DNA of 62,449 nucleotides, filler included. It is 3 parts of 3 records of this genome, joined end to end, with 100 filler letters (N's around TTAATTAATTAA, not from the genome) between each part and the next. Parts side by side here need not be neighbours in the genome. Positions count along the whole stretch, not along the records: positions 45,597 to 62,449 come from DRR723986_4704; 2 more parts are not named here. One strand, 5' to 3'. Every line of letters starts with the position of its first letter. Within the stretch, counting starts at the first letter, position 1. Positions 57,986 through 62,449 of this stretch are shown piece by piece. Made by a program: the position numbers and the translations under genes. The notes beneath the pieces are model-generated. The model did no database searches. It was not told where the DNA came from and was given only the letters and a program-made list of their open reading frames with translations.

Positions 57986-58004
57986 TACCTGTAGGAGCCT
58001 TCTA

Positions 58005-58907
58005 TTGCGCGACATGCCGCCGCTCAACTCATTGAAAGCGTTCGAAGCCTCGGGGCGACACCTGAATTTCAGCCGCGCGGCGCAGGAACTGGGGGTGACG
58101 CAGGGGGCAATTGCGCAACATGTGCGCGCGCTTGAGGCCCTGTTGAAGCTCAAACTGTTTGATCGTCACGCGCGGGGCCTGTCTTTGACCGATGAGGGGC
58201 GGCGATACCTTACGCCAGTGCGCCGTGCTTTTGATTTGATTGCTGAGGCTACAGAAAACCTCTCTCCTCGGGCGGCTGTGGTAACCATCAGCACAACACC
58301 GTCTTTTGCCACGAAATGGCTGGTGCCGCGCCTTGGGGTATTTTCAGATGAATACCCTGATATCCGGGTCCGGCTTGATGCCTCGAACACGTTGTCCAAC
58401 TTTCAAACCGATGGCGTGGACATTGCAATTCGGCAAGGAACACCGCCGTTTGGGCCGGGCTTGGTTGCAGAGCCTCTTTTTGCGTCCGACGTGATTGCGG
58501 TGTGCCATCCCGATCTGTGCAGGGGGCGGTATCCGATCGCTGCCGTTCAGGATTTGCGCCATCATGTGCTGCTTGAGGACACGCACGGGCGGTGGCCCTT
58601 GTTTCTTGAAAAAGCGCTGGGTGACAGGTCGGATACAGAGATAAGAACCACAACGTTCAGTCAAACATCGCTGGCGATTGATGCAGCACTTGCGGGGCAG
58701 GGGGTTGCCCTGACCAACCGCGCGTTTGTCGATGCAGATCTTAAGGCGAACCGCCTGTGTCAGCCGTTCCCGTTTTCGATAACCACGGATGAGGGGTTTT
58801 ATACCGTCGCGCCGCGCGCACCGCGCGACCCTGCTATCGTGTCTGATGTGCGACAGTGGCTGGCCCGTCAGATCCGTGATGACAACCAAGGCCGCACTAG
58901 GTCGTAA
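58005..58907 (+). CDS. LysR-family regulator (GcvA-like)
   Basis: MPPLNSLKAFEASGRHLNFSRAAQELGVTQGA HTH; start TTG 58005 after AGGAG (or ATG 58014). Confidence 0.92.
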   Translation: MRDMPPLNSLKAFEASGRHLNFSRAAQELGVTQGAIAQHVRALEALLKLKLFDRHARGLSLTDEGRRYLTPVRRAFDLIAEATENLSPRAAVVTISTTPSFATKWLVPRLGVFSDEYPDIRVRLDASNTLSNFQTDGVDIAIRQGTPPFGPGLVAEPLFASDVIAVCHPDLCRGRYPIAAVQDLRHHVLLEDTHGRWPLFLEKALGDRSDTEIRTTTFSQTSLAIDAALAGQGVALTNRAFVDADLKANRLCQPFPFSITTDEGFYTVAPRAPRDPAIVSDVRQWLARQIRDDNQGRTRS

Positions 58908-58941
58908 AGGGCGAGGTGCAGAATATGCAGGTGACCGGTCG

Positions 58942-60102
58942 CTACCGCGCGCCTGCCAGCTTGTGGCCCAGTTTTTCCAGCACCGTCAGGCATTGGGCCA
59001 ATTGATCGAGCGCCAGATATTCATCCGCTTTGTGCGCCTGATTGATCGACCCGGGCCCACAGACGACGACATCCATCCCAAGGGATTGGAAAATACCCGC
59101 CTCTGTTCCGAAGGGAACCAGATCTGTACCATTCGCCCCGGTGAGTTCTAGCATGATTTGCCGGGCTTCGTTTACATCTGTTGGGACAAGGCCGGCAACC
59201 TCGCCAATCACCTCGGTCTCGATGGTGGCATCTGGATGCACCCGGCGCATTGCAGGCAACAAAACGTCGTCGCAATAGCGGGTCATGGCGTCTTTGACAA
59301 AATCCGCATCCGAGGTTTGCACAGGGCGCATTTCCCAGTCAATCTGTGCCTTGGGTGGGATCACATTATGCACGCTGCCACTGTGGAGTGCGCCGACATT
59401 GATGGTGGTCCAAGGTGGTTCAAAGCGGCTGGTTTCCGGGGCCATGCCTTGCAGCCGGTCGCGCAGGTCCAGCAATCGCGACACATAGCGCACGGCGTAT
59501 TCGGCGGCATTTACCCCAAGATCCGGGGCCGATCCGTGCCCCTCAAGCCCTTGAAACCGTGTGGTATATTCACAGCAGCCTTTGTGCCCCTCAATAATTC
59601 GCATGCTTGTGGGTTCGCCGATGATTGCCAACCGCGGTTTGATTTCGCGTGCGATAAGGGATTTGGCCAATTGACCCGCGCCGATACAGCCCGTTTCCTC
59701 ATCATAAGTAAATGCAAAATGCACAGGCCTGTCCTGCACCTGTTTCGCGAATGTCGGGGCCATGGCCAAGGTCGCGGCGATGAACCCTTTCATGTCGCAG
59801 GTGCCGCGCCCGTACAGACGCCCGTCGCGTTCAGTCATCACAAATGGATCAGTGGTCCAATCCTGATCGCTGACCGGGACAACATCGCTGTGACCTGACA
59901 ACACGATGCCCCCGTCGCAGTCCGGCCCAAGCGTGGCAAACAGGTTGGCTTTGCGTCCCGTCTCATCCGTCTGAATGTCGACCTTGGCCCCGCACCCTGC
60001 GAGACGATCCGCCAGATAGGCGATCATCTCGAGGTTGCTGTCCGCTGACACCGTTGGAAAGGCGATCAGGTCGGACAGGATGCGCTTGGTGTCTTCGATC
60101 AT
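58942..60102 (-). CDS. argE: acetylornithine deacetylase (ArgE/M20) family protein
   Basis: SGHSDVVP, GRGTCDMKGF, YDEE, GEPT, HKG, AHKADE. Confidence 0.88.
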   Translation of the reverse strand: MIEDTKRILSDLIAFPTVSADSNLEMIAYLADRLAGCGAKVDIQTDETGRKANLFATLGPDCDGGIVLSGHSDVVPVSDQDWTTDPFVMTERDGRLYGRGTCDMKGFIAATLAMAPTFAKQVQDRPVHFAFTYDEETGCIGAGQLAKSLIAREIKPRLAIIGEPTSMRIIEGHKGCCEYTTRFQGLEGHGSAPDLGVNAAEYAVRYVSRLLDLRDRLQGMAPETSRFEPPWTTINVGALHSGSVHNVIPPKAQIDWEMRPVQTSDADFVKDAMTRYCDDVLLPAMRRVHPDATIETEVIGEVAGLVPTDVNEARQIMLELTGANGTDLVPFGTEAGIFQSLGMDVVVCGPGSINQAHKADEYLALDQLAQCLTVLEKLGHKLAGAR

Positions 60103-60105
60103 CTC

Positions 60106-61290
60106 TTAGCCTTTGACAAACAGCTTGCGCTCAACATTGCACAGGGGCTCTGCTGCGCCAGTGTCGTTGATCAGAATGGTTTCGGTGGTTTCCAATCCCC
60201 AGCTGTCCATCCAAAGGGCAGGCATGAAATGGAACACCATGCCCGGCACCAATTCGGTTTCATCTTCGCTGCGGATGGATGCGGTGCGTTCGCCCCAGTC
60301 GGGCGGGTAGCTGAGCCCGATAGGATAGCCCATGCGGCCCGTGCGTTCGATCCCATGCTTGGCGATGACCTGCATAAAGGCATTTGCGATATCGCAGGTG
60401 CGATTGCCCGCACGCGCCGCCTCTAACCCGGCGTTGATGCCTTCGATCTGGGCCTCTTCTGCGCGGCGCATCTCATCCGAGGGGGTGCCCAGAAAAATGG
60501 TTCGACAAATCGGCGCATGATATCGGCGATAGCAGCCCGACAGTTCAAAAAACGTGGCTTCGCCTTCGCGCATGGGCGTACCGTTCCATGTCAGGTGGGC
60601 GGCAGTCGCGTCCAGACCAGACGGCGTCAGGGGAACGATGGCGGGGTAATCGCCCCAATCATCATCAACACCAGTGATCCCGGCATGCATGATATCTGCG
60701 ACCAGATCATTTTTGCGTACCCCCGGTGCGGCGCGGTCCATGGCGGTGTGGATCACCTTTTCTGAGATGCGGGCGGCCTTTCGAATAAAACCGATTTCGT
60801 CGTCTGATTTGATCAGGCGTTGCCAATTCACCAATGCGGTTGCATCCACCAGCGACGCATTTGGCAGCTCTTCGGCCAAGACCGCGTGGGCCTTGGCCGA
60901 GTAGTAGTAGTTTTCCATTTCCACGCCGATGCGCGCCTGTGCCAGCCCCCGCGACGCGAGCTGCTGCGCCAAATCCTGCATCGGGTGAACGACAGTGGAT
61001 TGTATATAGTGATCGCCGTACCCAAGGATGTTTTCGTGTGCCATCCAGCAGGTGCGGCGACCGCCCATCATATCCATGTAACGACCCCACCAGATGGGTT
61101 CGCCTTCCACGGTGAGGATCACGCCTTGGTGCACATAAAAGGACCACCCGTCATACCCGGTGAGCCAAGCTTGGTTGGATGGGTCTGTCACAAACAGCGC
61201 ATCCAGACCCGCAGCCGCCATGGCGGCGCGGGTCTTTTTCAATCTGCGGTCATATTCAGCAAGGCCAAAAGGCGCATTGGACGTGGTCAT
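60106..61290 (-). CDS. doeA: ectoine hydrolase (DoeA/EutD; M24 fold)
   Basis: WLTGYDGWSFYVHQ, LVNWQR..KS, GDYPAIVPL, AAHLTW, YPPDWGE. Confidence 0.85.
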   Translation of the reverse strand: MTTSNAPFGLAEYDRRLKKTRAAMAAAGLDALFVTDPSNQAWLTGYDGWSFYVHQGVILTVEGEPIWWGRYMDMMGGRRTCWMAHENILGYGDHYIQSTVVHPMQDLAQQLASRGLAQARIGVEMENYYYSAKAHAVLAEELPNASLVDATALVNWQRLIKSDDEIGFIRKAARISEKVIHTAMDRAAPGVRKNDLVADIMHAGITGVDDDWGDYPAIVPLTPSGLDATAAHLTWNGTPMREGEATFFELSGCYRRYHAPICRTIFLGTPSDEMRRAEEAQIEGINAGLEAARAGNRTCDIANAFMQVIAKHGIERTGRMGYPIGLSYPPDWGERTASIRSEDETELVPGMVFHFMPALWMDSWGLETTETILINDTGAAEPLCNVERKLFVKG

Positions 61291-61311
61291 GGGGTGGCTC
61301 CTTTTGTGATG

Positions 61312-62448
61312 TTAGCCCAGAACGGATGTGACAGCGCGCACGGTTGCGGCAACCACTTGGTCTGCCTCGGCGCGGGTCAGGCAGAAAGGGGGGGCAAACC
61401 CAAGGATGTCGCCCTGTGGCATGGCCCGCGCAATCACCTTGTCCTGTTCCAGCAGTTTGCCGGCAATCTGTGGCCCGATCTTGTCGCTTGCGTCAAAGAA
61501 AGTGCCCTTTTCCTTGTCCGCCATAAACTCAACTGCGCACAGCATCCCTTCGCCGCGTATGTCGCCAACATTGGGGTGGTTGGCCAAGGCGTCTTGCATC
61601 GTGGTGTTCAGGTAGGTGCCGACAGATCCTGCGTTTTCGATCAGGCCAAGCGTGTCGATCAGCTGCAGGTTGGCCACCCCGGCTGCTGCCCCGATGGGGT
61701 GGGCCGAGTAGGTCCAGCCATGCCCGATTGGTCCGTTTTCATCGGTGCCACGTTCAAGAACCGCCCACATTTTGTCTGACACAATGGACCCTGACAGCGG
61801 CGCATAGGCCGAGGTCAAACCCTTGGCGATGGTGATCAGATCAGGGCGCATGCCGTAATGATCGGACCCAAACATGGACCCCAATCGGCCAAACCCGGTG
61901 ACGACTTCGTCAGCAACCAAAAGGATGTCGTGCTTGTCCAGCACAGCCTGAATTGCGGGCCAGTAGCCAGCAGGCGGGGGCACAATGCCGCCGGTTCCCA
62001 GCACCGGTTCACCGATAAAGGCGGCGATGGTATTTGCACCTTCGCGCGCGATCATCGCCTCCAATTCAGCGACACAATGAGCGACGAATTCAGCCTCGGT
62101 CTGGTTCTGATCCGCGCGACGGAAATAATAGGGGGCTTCGGTGTGAAGCACCTGTGCCAACGGCAGATCGAACTTCTTATGAAACAGTTCCAGCCCGGTC
62201 AGGGACCCGGTCATCAGGCCTGATCCGTGATACCCCCGCCAGCGCGAGATGATCTTTTTCTTTTCCGGGCGACCAAGGATGTTGTTGTAATACCAGATCA
62301 ATTTGATGTTGGTTTCATTCGCATCCGAGCCGGATAGGCCAAAATAAACTTTGGACATTTGATCGGGTGCCCGGTCCAGAACCATTTTGGCCAAGGTGAT
62401 CGAGGCCTCGGTGCCGTGGCCCACATAGGAATGGTAATAGGCCAGTTC
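61312..62448 (-). CDS. class III aminotransferase, probably diaminobutyrate transaminase DoeD/Atf (5'-truncated)
   Basis: LAYYHSYVGHG, SGSDANET, GYHGS, DEVVTGFGR, AKGLTS; directly upstream of doeA. Confidence 0.82.
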   Translation of the reverse strand, partial: ELAYYHSYVGHGTEASITLAKMVLDRAPDQMSKVYFGLSGSDANETNIKLIWYYNNILGRPEKKKIISRWRGYHGSGLMTGSLTGLELFHKKFDLPLAQVLHTEAPYYFRRADQNQTEAEFVAHCVAELEAMIAREGANTIAAFIGEPVLGTGGIVPPPAGYWPAIQAVLDKHDILLVADEVVTGFGRLGSMFGSDHYGMRPDLITIAKGLTSAYAPLSGSIVSDKMWAVLERGTDENGPIGHGWTYSAHPIGAAAGVANLQLIDTLGLIENAGSVGTYLNTTMQDALANHPNVGDIRGEGMLCAVEFMADKEKGTFFDASDKIGPQIAGKLLEQDKVIARAMPQGDILGFAPPFCLTRAEADQVVAATVRAVTSVLG

Positions 62449-62449
62449 C

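Noticed and set aside
57726-58004. Long N-terminal extension of the second LysR (393-aa ORF)
   Set aside because: Overlaps the divergent SDR gene; the HTH begins at about 58014, with an RBS before 58005

Overview
The window is three unrelated contigs joined by artificial N-spacers carrying TTAATTAATTAA (20937-21036 and 45497-45596), so no gene context should be read across the joins. Contig 1 (1-20936; moderate GC; Roseobacter-group-like genes) is mostly housekeeping: acnA, a BCCT transporter followed by an unannotated 28-aa membrane peptide, yajC-secD-secF-tauE-like-Mth938-ccmABCD-ccmG, mscS, serS, an HhH/Lys-rich protein, a desaturase, yfgM-like/bamB-like/der and an RND pump. Contig 2 (21037-45496; visibly higher GC; Hyphomonadaceae/Caulobacterales-like, includes gapR) has the thrS end, polysaccharide genes, gloB, an orphan PII, tyrA and a Tat-lipoprotein MsrB. 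It also has a tightly coupled four-gene envelope operon: S8 protease lipoprotein, stand-alone subtilisin-propeptide (I9)-like protein, unknown lipoprotein and M23 peptidase lipoprotein. It ends in tRNA-Leu(CAA) followed by the edge of a probable genomic island cut by an IS21-like end. Contig 3 (45597-62449; Roseobacter-like) has an orphan glycosyltransferase, a LysR-controlled five-gene catabolic operon (MttB-family methyltransferase, class III aminotransferase, two dimethylglycine/sarcosine-dehydrogenase-like enzymes, Xsc-like ThDP enzyme) and the end of an ectoine catabolic cluster with ArgE following doeA. The two best candidates for undescribed systems are the S8/I9-like/lipoprotein/M23 operon and the putative N-methylated-amine (possibly N-methyltaurine-type) degradation operon. 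All protein calls come from motif recognition by eye, not database searches.
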